Shown here piece by piece: positions 50,949-64,000 of a stretch of 64,000 bases of DNA. Under the pieces are notes generated by a model. That model made no database searches. It had not been told where the DNA came from and saw only the letters and a program-made list of their open reading frames with translations. The stretch comes from Geosiphon pyriformis uo1 (taxonomy: Eukaryota; Fungi; Glomeromycota). The position numbers were made by a program, and so were the translations under genes. Each line of letters starts with the position of its first letter. Within the stretch, counting starts at the first letter, position 1. The DNA is taken from assembly GCA_016748015.1 (NCBI GenBank), contig JAAOMT010000003.1:1368373-1432372 (forward strand), in the 5' to 3' direction.

Positions 50949-51844
50949 ATGTCAAATCAAGAGCAAGAATATACTTTATCTAACCAAAATCTCAAAGCGT
51001 CGGTAAAATGTTTGCACCCACGAGTTGGATTAGGGGTATTTGTTACTCGAGAAGGAAGGTTCTTGATTGGCAAACGAAAAGGGTTTCACGGCTCAGGTAT
51101 TGTTTTCTAAAAGTATAGATGGATAGCAGCACAAAATTCTCCAAGAATATGAGTAATCATTTTGTTCATGTCATCATATAAATGCTACCAAAGGAACATG
51201 GCAACTTCCTGGAGGTACGTATTAATCAAAAAGTATTTGAAACATCTTTTTCTTAAAAAATTTTTATCAAAGCTCATTTTAATTATTTTAGGAAATTTAG
51301 AATTTGGTGAATCTTTCCAAGATTGTGCGAGCCGTAGGTTTTTTTTTCGTTATTCTTTTTGCTTTTAAATGAATATCTTGATCTTAAATTTTATTGTATA
51401 CAATCCTGATCTAAATTTCGTAGGGGAAGTGTTAGAAGAAACAAACCTCATCATTCACAATATCAGATATCATACTACAACAAACGACCCAATGCCCGAA
51501 TTGAATAGCCATTATGTCGATATCTTCATGTGCGCCGAATCGGCTGATATTAATGCGGAACCAATTGTTAGCATCCTTTTAAATTTCTTTTGGTCTAAAC
51601 TTGGCTATTTTCAACCTTTCATTTTTTTTATAAGTTAAGGCAAGGTGATTTTAAAATTTTCTTTTCTTTATTTCAGGTGATGGAACCAGATAAATGTGAT
51701 ATTTGGAATTGGATAACCTGGGATGAATTTATAAAGGATGGTATTGATAGTCAAACCAACAAGTATCGGCCAATGTTTCAGCCAATGCAATCCTACATTT
51801 TGCAAAGAAATGGTAAAGGTCCTTTTAAGGATATTAAAAATTAA
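50949..51844 (+). CDS. Nudix hydrolase, NUDT15/plant NUDX1-like (5 exons)
   Basis: PRVGLGVFV...LIGKRKGFHGS|GTWQLPG|GNLEFGESFQDCASR|EVLEETNL, HYVDIFM, |VMEPDKC..W.WITW. Includes a 21-nt micro-exon. Confidence 0.9.
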
Positions 51845-52099
51845 TTTGAAGAGATTCTTAAAAAATTTGAATCTAAACAGCAAATGAATAAATGAGTAAA
51901 GCCTTTGATTTTGTAATAGAAAACGGTTTTCCAATGTATTCTCCTTTTGAAGGATCAGGTCAACGTCGGTGCTAAAAATAAAATTTATACTATTTCTTTG
52001 ATATAGTTTTAAGATGCGAATAAATAACATGCAGAGTTGGAGGGAAAAAAAAAGGATTTGTTTATTACTGTCTAGCTTATTGATGTTACATATACAATC

Positions 52100-55000
52100 A
52101 CGTGAGCATACAATCTGATCACCATTACTAATAATATGTAAAAAGATTTTAATGCTTTGTTTTTTCTCTTTAACAGAAATAACATCAACAATTATACCTT
52201 TTCCATTTGGTTTTTGTTGATGTTGCAGATGAGACTTTACTGAAATAATTATGTTACAGCTTGGTTCAAGAAACATGTTTTTTATTTTTTTAAAAATAAA
52301 AACTTGTACTTATTATTAACTTTTTTGTAATTATTTTAACAATACAATAATTATAATATATACATAAAACAATTTCTTATCCAATTTTATGCTCACAAAT
52401 TTTAATTAATAATAATAAAAAAGAATAAATAAGCAAAAAAAAGCACAAAATTAAAGCAAGTTTTTTTTTACATTTAAAAAAACAAGAAATAAAAGAAATA
52501 ATAAAAAGTCTAAAAATTTATATATATTTAAATACAATATAAAAAATAAAAATAAAGCAATAATTAAGTTATATTAAATAAAAAATAAAAGTTTTAAATA
52601 TATTATATATATTACAAAATTATTATTATAAAATTGTATAAAAAGTTATTTTAATTTTAACTATTTTTAGAATTTATTAAAAAATATATTACAATAATAT
52701 AATTTTATATAAAAAAAATTATTTAAGTTTAGAAATTTTTTATTTATTAAAACATTAAGACACAAAAGTTTAAATAATTTGTTTAATATTATTTTTAATA
52801 TTATTTATAAAAACAATTATAACAAATAATTAGAGTTTAAAAATAAAACTGCAAAAATAATTTATTGTTCTATAAATATATATTTTATATGTAAGAACAA
52901 TTGTTTGATAATTAATTTAGTCTTAAATATAAAAAACAAAAACAAAAAACAAAAAAAATAGCAAAATAAATAGTAAAATAATTATAAATCTGACCAATAA
53001 TTATAAAAGTTCTAAAAATAAATATTTAATTTAATATTAAAATTCCAAATAAAAAAATCACATATAAAAAAATAATTATAAGTTTGGTTTTTAATAATTA
53101 TTATAATTATTATAATTTTAAAAATAAATACAAAAATATTTTAAGATACTATTCCAAAAAAAATTATATATGATAAAAAAATACCAATATATATTTTTTG
53201 TTTTATTTTAAACATTAAAAAAATAACTGGTTCAATAAAAAAGTATATTTTTATAATAAATTAATATATAATTGGTTGTTTTAATAATAAAAATTTATAT
53301 AAGTTTATAAAAAAAAATTATTTCTTAATAATAATAACAAAAACCAAATATTTATATTTATTAAATCTAGTAAAACTTGTAACAAAAATAAGATATTATA
53401 ATTGTGATAAAATTAATAACAATAATATTTAAAAGCTTGTTCATATTTGTTTTATGGTTTAAGCTTTTGTAAAAAAACATAATTTAATATAATATATATA
53501 GACACAAATATGTTAACAAATTTGCAATTTTGTAAATAAAATCAACAAAAAAACTACTGTATAATTTATATAAACATCTAACGTTATTTTTATCTTATTT
53601 TTTAATATAAATCAGATAACAAAAAAGATCCAAAAATAAAAAATTAATTTTAAAATAACTCAAAAAATGATAATATAAGTATATTTAAAATTTAGAAAAA
53701 GGTTTTTATTAAAAACTAAAGAATATAAAAATAAGTGTACATAGTTTTAGAAACATATATAAACAAAACTTATATTTAATACAAGTAGATTAATAAAAAC
53801 TTAAAAAAAAAGAGTTTTTTTATTGTTATATATGCAACTTGAATCTTGATAAAAATATTAGTAATAGACATAATATTTTTTTTTGAGCTTTATTGAACAG
53901 CTACATAAAATTTAAATAATAAATAAATAAAACTGGTCAATAATATATTTACAAGTAATAGTATTTTTTTTAAAAAAAAGAGATAAAATTTATTGTGGCT
54001 TTTATTATAAAAAAAATATACAGCTGAAGCCAACAATAATAATAACAATATTAAAATAGAATAAAATTAGTAAGCACTTAAAATATACAATTGGATAAAT
54101 ATTTAAAAGATTTTTTTGGGTTTTATTAAGTAGAATTGTTTTTTAAAGTACTATTTAAATAATAGATTATGTTGGCTTATAATAATTAATGTTGTATATT
54201 ATTATATAATTCAATCTATTTTTATTTTTGCGCTCTTTTTTGAGATTAAAATTAATTATGAGTTAAGATATTATATAGACTTATAAATATTTTTTCTACA
54301 GAAAAATCCAGTAAAATACACAATTGTGCAGATTTGTAATAAGATAATCTGTTTGTTAGTAAAATATAAACATGTTATTAAACTTATAAATTACCAAGAA
54401 GTTTTGTTAATTTATTTTTTGTATTTTTATAAACATTAAAAGGTATTTTGTTTTTTTAAGAATTGCTTAAAAGAAAAATATTGTAATCCAAATTTGAAAT
54501 AGGCTGTTTTGAATTGAGTTTTGTAAGTTTAAAAATAATATAAGTTATACAAATAACAACATTTTTGAAGTTTAAGAGCAGACAAAAAAGAAATAAATTC
54601 AATTTTTTCTTTTTTATGCTTTATAAGATCTGTAAAATGAATATTATATATAGTCTAAAAAGTGAAACCACATTTACATCTCTTTGCTAATTTCAAAAGC
54701 TTTTTATTAGTTTGCTCTTTTTTTATTATCTTATTATCTAATTATCTATTCCTTTTTCATTGTTACTGTCTTATATAAAATAAGATATACTACTTAAATT
54801 GCTTATTCAAGTTTTTTTAGGCAATAGCAGACTATTTTGATTTTTTGTCATCTATGTATTAATCTTTCCAGCATTTGCTTTTCTCATGTTTTTTCAGTCA
54901 TATGAAAGTTGGTTTTATTTTTAAACAAAAGACCCAAAGCTAAAATCTTGATTTTTCGTGATATTTATAATTTGTAATTAAAAATAATTGCATAATATTT

Positions 55001-55202
55001 AATTATTATATGATCGTATTGTCAAAATTATATATATGAATACAATTAGTGACAAAAGATTTTATCATCTTTAATTGTAATTTATGTAATACTTATTTTT
55101 TATATTAAAAAAACCAATTATTATAAAATTAGTTAAATTTCGAAAAATTGATAATTATTTTACTGGACAAATAAAACTAAAATTTATTTTATTTTAATAA
55201 AA

Positions 55203-55233
<31 letters not shown>

Positions 55234-55600
55234 TGTTCAAAACTTGTATATTTTGTAAAAAGTTGTAAAATCAGAAATTTACCAAATATTTCAGCCTTTA
55301 AAAACATAAAATACTTCAATTTTAAAATTATTTTTTAAATAAAATAAAATTTTCAATAGTCAAGTAATAAAAATTAATAATTTTATTAAAAATTAGCAAT
55401 ATTTGCAAAATCTAGTCTTTTATGCTAGATAATTAATTGAAAATATTGATTTAGAAAATAGTTTTTGGTAAAATATTTTAAAAAACTTCAATTCATTTCA
55501 CAACTTGATTTGTAAAACTGTACGGTTTTAATTAATTTTAATGACATAGAATTAAGTTTTTAAAGACTTTGGTATAGTTTTTTGAAATGATTTTTTTAAA
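52100..55600. other. Second hyper-AT-rich, CpG-poor block (probable decayed TE)
   Basis: Composition only; no recognisable protein motif. Confidence 0.45.
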
Positions 55601-55962
55601 AAAAAAAAAGCTAGTAAAAGGTGTGTAGCATAATAGATTCAATTCAAGTAAATGCATTATAGATTTTTACTCATGAAGGCTAAAATTGCCAATTTCCAAT
55701 GATTAATTGGACATTATTATTAGATTCGTAACACATAAATTTCATCCTTTAAAGCAAATATATAAATATTTTAAAACTGTTTGGAAATTCACTGATTAAT
55801 CGTCTAATATTCATATTATCGAGCAAGAAAATTCCGGTTTCTCAAAGTAAATAAATTTAGTATTATATTTGTGTTTTTTAAAGAGATAAGAACTAACATA
55901 ATATCGATTGTTTTAAATGAAAAAAAATTGGAGATTTATTTTTGAAATCCTAAAATCATAAG

Positions 55963-57394
55963 ATGATGGCTTACAAAAAAAAATTCTTTAATCAAATACA
56001 TTTACATTTAATATTCCTTTTAGTTCTAATTCTTTTTTATACACTCTTATTCTTGCGAAAATTTACTCCAGTTCTAAAGGGCAAAGAATATGAACCACCT
56101 TCGAAATATGCCGCTCATTTTTATCGGAAAAACTTAAATTCAACGCTAAATTATCTTGATTCAACCACTCGAAAGAATGCTATGCAACAACGGTCACTTC
56201 AAGATTTTGATACTTCTAAACTCTTTGAATTGGCCCAGGCATCAAATCAAGCTTATTGTATGAGTGGGTTGGATCTTATAGGTTAAATTTTGAAAAGATT
56301 CTTAATTTGTCAAATTATTCCAGTCCGCACTTTTTTTAACAAAAAATTTTTTGCAAAATTCTAGCAAATCAAATTTTAGGCACGGAATATATCGTTGCTT
56401 TTGGAGGTAGCGAAATGATAAAATTCTAAACCTATTTCTTTTAAAAATTACCCCCGATTATTTATTAATTTTGTCATTATGGCTTTCAATGTATCTATCT
56501 ATATAGGGTTCTCGTTGACTAAGAAAGAATGGACAAACTTAAAATTTAAAATGGTCCCATATGTAGTAGATGGGCTCAATCCGGACCCTTTAATTCAAGT
56601 AGCAGAAATATTCCAAAATGGATTCCTTGCCCTCAAAAAATCTATTTATTCAAACCTTAAATTTTTGTTTACAATTCGAAAAAAAGAGGGTTTGAAAATC
56701 ATTCATTTCACTGGATGGGGGATTGGTGGTGGTATGTTTTAAACTCTTTCTTCTCAATAAATCGTATTATTAAAAGTTATCCACATTTAACAATTGCTGT
56801 TCTCAATTTTATTGAAAAGCATTGGCAGTTATCGCCGCAATTACCTTTCAACTAGAATCCTACATAAAAAACTCAAATTTTGACGTACGAGTGACCACAT
56901 TTGGTGCGCCTCGTATAGGAAACACTTATTTCGCTCGTTTAATTAACAAATTTTTAGATATTCAAAGATTTACATATTTCAATGATCATGTTCCTCATTT
57001 TCCGAAGCGTGACTCTATACCCAATGATATTTTGACACATCATGAGCTCGAACTATGGATAATTCCTGAAAAACTCTGCGACTGTCCAACTGAGTTTCGT
57101 ATTGTACGGTGTCCAGGTTTTGATTACAAGAAAAAGGCACCGCGACAAATTGGAGTGTCCAATGACACATTCTTCCCACACCGTGTAATGTCGGGGGAAA
57201 ATCAGGTTTTTAAAAATGATTTTTTCATTGAATTAACAAAAGCTTTTTTATTTAAGTTTTTTTTTAAAAAAAATCCTTTTAAGGAGTGTAATGCTGGCCA
57301 ATCAATTACGAATGTACGAGTGGACTTTGTCCATGTTGGACCATATTTTGGTAAAATCATGAATGATTGTACGGGAGTTCTCGGAAGTAGATGA
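55963..57394 (+). CDS. Class-3 lipase-fold pseudoenzyme with TM anchor, paralog 4 (GWGIGG)
   Basis: TM helix, ASNQAYC, YIVAFG|G, FTGWGIGG|, TTFGAPRIGN, RFTYFNDHVPHFP, LCDCP, RCPG, ECNA...VHVGPYFG..NDC. Confidence 0.82.
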
Positions 57395-58695
57395 ATTTCG
57401 TCGAAGTCAATTTTTATTGTATACGAAATCTTCCCTTCGTAAAAATTTTGCTAATTAAATAAGAAACAAATAAAATATTCAAGAATTAACAACATATTAG
57501 AAATTCTGGTACCATTTAAAAAATCCTTTTTTGGGCATATCAATATTTCAATAAATTGAATTCTTGAAAGTGTCTTCTTTGCTTTGAAAGTAGCTAATTT
57601 TTACATATTTTGACCATAGCAACAGTGCTGCAGACAAATTCTTAAAAGCTTGCGAGAATTTAAATTTTAGTGGGAAATATCAATTATCATTAGTCGAAAC
57701 CATATTATAAGCAAATACGACAGAATTTACAGCACAGTTCTCTACTAAAGTCTACAATTATTATTATTATTATTGTAGACATTTTTAATTCGCTCCATCA
57801 ATTTCGATGTTTTATCTAGATTGACATCCGCAAAATGAATGAAAATAAGATTTGGGAGGAAATAATTTGGTGGGAGTCATGTAAAGATTCTTCGCTCTCC
57901 AAAGAATCTTGAAAGTGTACATTTAAAAACAACAATTCGAAAGTATTGAATTTAAAATCATTTATAAACTGGTTGAAAGAAATAATAATTTCATTAAATA
58001 ATTTTAAGTATTTAAATGATTAAAACAGTTTATTTTTTTAATCATTTTACTAATTGTATTTTTTAAAAACTATTTAAATAAAATATAAAATTTTATTATT
58101 ATTGTTATTTAAAAACTTAAATTACATCTAATTATTTAACTTGATTGAATTTATTTCTTAATAAAAAGTTTATTTATGTTTACAAATCTTTTAATAATAA
58201 TTTGATTATTTTTAATTTAACCAGATTTAAAAACTTTACAAATTTCAATTTAGAAAATTTGTATTTTATTAAAATTATTCAAAAAATTGTTATTTATACC
58301 AATAAAACATGAATGCTCTTCAGTAATAGTTACTTGGGAAAAATTGATAACAAAACATTTATACCAGGAAATTTTCAAAATATTCAATGACAATTTAAAA
58401 AATTAAATATAATGAAAAAGAAATCATTTTATACAATGTGTGTTCAGGTCCATTCAAAAAAAAGATTTTCAAGTTCATCTGGCACTTGTCAAAACAAAAT
58501 AACAGAATTATGCATTTATCCATAAATTCATTGGAATGCTGCCCTAAACATAAAAAATACGGGTTATTGAATAAACCCTTTGTATAAGACGGGGTTTTCG
58601 CCTCCAGTAGAGGATGTGAGGTTGCAGTTTCACGAATATATAAGATAGGCCCATGTGGATAATTAGCTATATTCGTGATATATGCATAGCTGGCA

Positions 58696-61030
58696 CTAAC
58701 GTAAAACAAGCTCTTCGAAAATATCTCGACAACGAACGCGAGCTCCCATTTTTGCACACAAAAGAAAAGCTCCTGATAATTTTCTGTGTAAACTATATGT
58801 TTCATCGGGTGGCGGTGTGAGACGGTAACGTAGCATCGTAGGGATTAATTCTCGAACCCGGTGGGTCACAGTTTGTTTTGAAAAGTCATAAAGTTTGCTG
58901 CCAAATGGCTCAGCTAATGCCATTATTGAATCTACATGTGCCGATTTCATCACCTTTTATATGAAAAGATATATCAAGTTAGATGATTTCTGAATATTTT
59001 ATTATCAGAAGATTAGGTGAATAACCTCAGTTTCCAATCCAGTTAAATATCCCAGTTTTTGCGAATAATTGAGACATCCCGCGCGATCTTGTTTAAACGC
59101 AGCTATTAGCGTTTCACGGTACAATTCTACGAATTTGGGATCAAATTCACGGCTTGCTCCAAAGTCAAGTAGCTCAATCTGATATAATTTTTGATATTAA
59201 ACTCGATGAGATGAATATTGGAAGTCAAGAGAAATAAAATTGAAATAATATACCTTTCTTGTTTTGCTATTGTAAAAAAAATTGGTCCAATTAGGATCTG
59301 TTTGCATGAAACGAAACTCAAAAAGTTCTCGTAAACATAAACGAAGTATATTTTCAGATATCTTTGAAATATGATATCTTATTTTTAGTATATAAAAAAA
59401 ATGATAATTAAAAGACAGTAGAAATATGAAGTAATTCACCCTGTCACGAGTTTCCTGATTATATTTTCTAGTTGTAACAGTCATTGATTCACCATTCATT
59501 AATTCACTTGTTAAAACCATTGTTGTTGTTAACCCTTTGACAAGCATTGGGACAGCAAAATTTTGATCATCTTTCAAAAGTTGGCCAAATTTTTCCATGC
59601 ACCTTCCTTCTCGAAGATAATCAGTTTCCCAGGCTAATTCTCGCCGAGCCACTTTGATCGTATTTTCGAGATAGAGGCCTTTCGGCAATAAATTACTAAA
59701 AGTGATCAAAGCTCTTAGGTTGTCCAAATCAGAATCAATAGATGCCGCCACTCCGGGATATTGAACTTTTACAGCAACTGGGATCCCATTAATTTTTACA
59801 TTGGCTGAATGTACTTGACCAATAGATGCGGCTGCAATGGGAATGTCGTCAAAGGATAGAAAATTTTGACGCCATTCAGGTCCGAGCTCTTTTACCATTA
59901 CTTTCTAATACTCTTGAAAATTTCATAAATTAACTTGTAAAAAGGAAACCTAATAACTCCATATTACTGACCTCCATTTGCCATTTTGGCATATAATTAG
60001 CACTATTTTGAACCCGCAAAAGTACTTGTTCCAAAGGTTCCGGAAGCATTTTATTATCTGATATATAAAAAAAAAACTAGACTTGAATAAACAAGCAAAA
60101 TTGAATTAAAATTCTTGATATTTTACCTTGAATACTAATCATTTGTCCTATTTTCAAGGCTGCTCCACGCATTTGTGACAATTTTTTTACTAGACGCTCA
60201 ATGTTAGCCTCACTCATTAATAATGACCCTTTGCTTTCTAAAAGCAATTTTCAATTAGTTGTAGAAATTATTGGGCAGGAAAATTTTGACGAATTCAAAC
60301 CATCTAGAGTTCTATCCTTTCGAACAATTCTACGAGCAGCTTCACTTATAGTCCCGATCCCAAGACCAACTGCAAGACCTGTGAATGGAATGTTAGTCAT
60401 CAAAAAATGATTAATTTGGTGAAATTCAAATTTCAACATTTATTATGAATTACCGCTATATTGAAAGAGTCTATTAATTCGAGAAGCCGGAACTTTGGAT
60501 TCTTTTAGAATTAACTTTGGCTGACTCTAGAGATATTTTATGAAAGATTAAAAATGTTTCTGTATGGCTGACAGATCATCTTCAGTTAAACTCACTTTAG
60601 AAGTTATATCTTCATCAAAATCTTTTTCGAATTCTTTGGCAGGAAATTTCGAGATAAATGGCCCTCTTTCGGTTGAAATAATTTTAGCTTGATGATTCAA
60701 ATTAAAATTCATGGCCTCATTTAATGCGCTGGATGGGATAACGGGATCATTGTTTTTATTCAATGTTAAATTTTTTCGATCAAGGCTAATTGGATCTTTA
60801 AAAGCTTCGTTTTTAAAATCATTTTCGGTAGATTTTTCAATAGAATCTTGATCTTGATTATGAATCTCAGTTGGTCTTATCGACCATTGCCAATTCGAAG
60901 TCTTTAAAAATAAATCTGCGTTTTTTCTTTGCAATGTTAAGAATTGGCTTGCAAAAATTTTTGCGGCGTGAGTCAAAAGAATAAGATCAATTAGACGCTT
61001 TTGGGGCGAATTCGAGAAAAAGTGGTTCAT
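58696..61030 (-). CDS. COQ8: ABC1/UbiB-family atypical kinase COQ8 (multi-exon)
   Basis: KESKVPASRINRL, MRGAALKIGQMISIQ, PIAAASIGQVH, VAVKVQYPGVA.SIDSD, ELAWETDY.RE, FRFMQTDPNWTNF, LLDFGA, RLTPPPDETYSLHRKLSGAFLLC. Confidence 0.96.
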
Positions 61031-61058
61031 AACAAATCAAAAGTTTTTTTTTGAAGGA

Positions 61059-61088
61059 ATGATATGATATGATATGATATGATATGAT
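61059..61088. repeat. (GATAT)n repeat just upstream of the COQ8 start
   Basis: Direct inspection. Confidence 0.85.
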
Positions 61089-62199
61089 CGCTCAAAGCGA
61101 AAATAAATGCTGACAAAATATTCAAGAAATCTTTGATTATTGAGTAATCGACCAGTGATCGAGCTCTAATTTCTTTAGGCTGAGAAAATTTCATGTAGGA
61201 CCAGAAAATTAAGCCAAAGTAGTATAACATGATTTTCATATAAATTTGTTATTCATTTTTTTTAGCATTTCAATGTGTTAATCAGAAAAAACACAATGGT
61301 TTTTATTTATGATAGTTTAAATATGAGAAACATTTTTCCATGTAAAATTAATAAAAGAATTTCCGCTATAAAAATTCAACCATTTTTATCACAAATTAAA
61401 AACATAGGTCAGGAATTTTTTTAATATTTAAATATGAGATATTTATTTCATCATAAATAAATCATCTAATATATTGTATATTTTATTTCTGTTGGACATG
61501 AAAGATATAATATATTTTAAAAATTAAAAATATTTTATAAAATATGAAAATGTAATTTTTTGGATGAAATTGTTATTAAATTTAAATTTAAATCTGAACA
61601 ATTTAGAAACATTATTTTGGACAAAATGCAAAACTTTAATTAAAATATAATTTTAGCATATTGTTTCAAGATTTTTTTGTTTTCAGAGTTACATTTTCAC
61701 ATTCAAAGATAAAGAGAGGTGGATTTATTGAAAAGAATTAAAAATAAAATCTTTGTTATTATTATGGTTTAATTCATAATGATTTCATTTAAGAGACATA
61801 ATAATAATAATAATAATAATAATAATATAAAAGTTATGTAATTGAGGATATAACTAATCAAATATTTGACAAAATAACAAATGATAACAAAATTAATGAA
61901 CGATTCAGAAGAGGCTCTCCCAATTTTAATTTGGAAAAGGGTGGTCTAAAATGAGAATTTCTAGTCTTTCGAATTAATAGACATACAGATTCAAAATTAT
62001 GAAAAAAAGCAGAGAATCGAATAAACTCTTTTTTGCATCAAAGCATTCCAAATATTTTAATAAAATAATTACTAAAGTTCAATGTAAATTGCACTGTTCA
62101 AGTATAAATTATAAATTTAAATTTAAATTTAAATTTGCCTTGGCTTGTCTCAATAATTTAAATTTATAATTTAAAAACGATTTTACATTCTTGATCCAG

Positions 62200-63657
62200 T
62201 TAGTATACTAAGATAGGATCAAATGAGGGATATGAATCGAAGCAACTTCCCATAAGGACGTTAAGGTAGGGGCCGTTATTTGATTCATAACGTGATAAAG
62301 AGTACTGGTTTATACATTCCTAAAAATAAAATCAATGGTTTTTCAATTCCTTGCTGATATCCAAAATACAAAAATCTCGAGACTTTTTGCAGATAGCTAA
62401 CCTGACTCTCCTCTGTATACGACTCGCCTTCCGTAATAATAGTTGGACCTTCACATTGATAAACCTCAGACGTTGGACAATCACAAGAACTATCTATCCA
62501 ATATTCGGTTTTTTGATGAAAGTACTCATCATACACGTTTCTCGATATGCGAGGAATATAGTCGTCCCTGTGAGTGAACCTATAGAATCTGATATTTTCT
62601 CCAAGATTATTCAAAGTTTTTGCGAAATTTCGATCTCCAATATGGGGTTGTCCAAATGTGACTACACTTATAATGGAGGTTGACGCAGTTCGTTGATATA
62701 ATTGGAGGAAATCAAGTATGAGAAATGTCGCATGAACTAATTCAAGAAATTGTTTAGCTTATATATTATTACTATATATAAAAAGAAATCAAGTGCATAG
62801 AATTATTTCGATTTACCGCCTCCTATGCCATGACCGACAGCCGTGATTTTGTATATATGATTTTGTGTTATGGTCTCAAAGAGCCAATTGGCGATATCAT
62901 TATTAGTTGCAAGATACTGTTGATAAAAGTTATCATCCACCTTTACACCAGGATATCGCTGTAATGGAGTCATGGTATTTCTTTTGCCAGACCAATAAGA
63001 GGGGTTATCTGCTTTATCACCCTTTACTCTGACAATTATTTCACCATTTTCCAATATTATATCAGCTAAGAAATTTGGAGAATTAAATTAGTTTTTGAGA
63101 TTGAAAATATTCAATAAACTTTATGCACTCCTTAAAAATTTACCAAATACTCCTCGAGCAAACTCTCTCATAAATTCAGGACAATATGCTCGCATAGCAT
63201 GCCATGCATATTTTTGATGACGCCTCAAAAATTCTTCATTTGTTATTTTTAATTTTATACCAGTGCTGCTTTTGACTTCTAAAGTTACATTTTCTTTTTT
63301 ACCATCGACTAACCCTAATTTTCCTGTCGAACTGTATTGAGGATTTAGAACAGCTGTAACAGCCGATTTATTCTCACATTCTAAGGAATCATAACCATTT
63401 CTATTAACACAATTTCCAGACTTCAAGTTTGGTTCATTCTTTTCCACCGAGAAATATCTTGGTTTTTCTTTAAGGCTGACCAGTCTAATTCCAATCCAGA
63501 CACATAAGGCAACAAGAGTGAAAATCAAAAGCATCAAATACCCACGAACTGATCTTTTCTTTGACCTGGGTTTTCGAAGTTGATTATTATGATCATAAAA
63601 AGTTGCTTCAACACGAGAATCAATCAAAGGTTCCTTTTCGTTAAGATTTTGCTTCAT
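62200..63657 (-). CDS. Class-3 lipase-fold pseudoenzyme with TM anchor, paralog 5 (GHGIGG, His to Asn)
   Basis: TM helix, YAWHAMRAYC, VRVKGD, AVGHGIGG|, VTFGQPHIGD, YRFTHRDDYIPRI, SCDCP, YQCEG, ECIN...SNNGPYLN..GSC. Confidence 0.82.
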
Positions 63658-64000
63658 TTTGAGTTTTAACGTGTAAAAGACGTAGGGCTTGATATATATA
63701 TAAAATGATTTTTATGCCTCAGATCGTATGTGTTTTTGTTTATTAGAACTCGAATAAAGACATTCTCATTAACAAAGAGACAAAAATTTTCCCAGTCCAA
63801 AGAGGTCTTAGATTGTGTCCAAGCACACCAAATACAGCAAAATTAAGAGTAAATGAAATTTCAGCCAAGTGGTAAGCCTTTTTTGTCAAGTATGTAAACG
63901 ATAAGCTCATACCCATGCAAAGAATGAGATTATCATTTTAAATAATCAAAAATCATACCTGTTATAGCCTCATTCCAAAAACCACAGAAAAGGAAATACA

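Noticed and set aside
51668-52276. 202-aa minus-strand ORF, and similar AT-rich or antisense ORFs (4513-4713, 30039-30473, 58395-58805)
   Set aside because: Low-complexity F/I/L/K-rich translations overlapping real genes or AT-rich DNA, with no motifs.
52100-55600. Assigning the AT-rich block to a specific TE class
   Set aside because: No protein motif or terminal repeat could be read reliably.
23170-61030. Several mitochondrial genes (OMA1-like, GCV3, COQ8, hidden gene) as a functional cluster
   Set aside because: They belong to unrelated pathways and are interspersed with other genes, which is compatible with chance.

Overview
Eukaryotic, intron-rich, very AT-rich fungal DNA. The gene set, short AT-rich introns, Gypsy/pogo transposons and repeated lipase-3-like genes point to Glomeromycotina. 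The similarity to Geosiphon pyriformis is inferred from recall and was not searched. From left to right the window holds: a decayed Ty3/Gypsy gag-protease element with N gaps; a hyper-AT-rich block; deoxyhypusine synthase; a pogo/Tigger-like DNA transposon (second copy at 37.5-39.6 kb); a metallophosphoesterase; Nup192/NUP205; a Tc1 remnant; a frameshifted NMNAT-like gene; a small membrane protein; a CYB5RL-like oxidoreductase; NUDCD1; an OMA1-like M48 peptidase; glycine cleavage H protein; RIT1; an orphan ORF; a small 4-exon putative mitochondrial protein absent from the ORF track; a GH5 exo-beta-1,3-glucanase; a NUDT15-like Nudix gene; and COQ8. The main discovery candidate is a dispersed family of five intact, membrane-anchored class-3 lipase-fold genes (35.6-63.7 kb). 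Four have Gly in place of the catalytic Ser, encoded by three different Gly codons. All five lack the oxyanion-hole Ser/Thr and two also lack the catalytic His, so this looks like a selectively maintained pseudo-lipase family. Also notable are GC-AG introns, frequent AAG acceptors, and a dead transposon that was apparently copied in trans. All gene models were spliced by eye.
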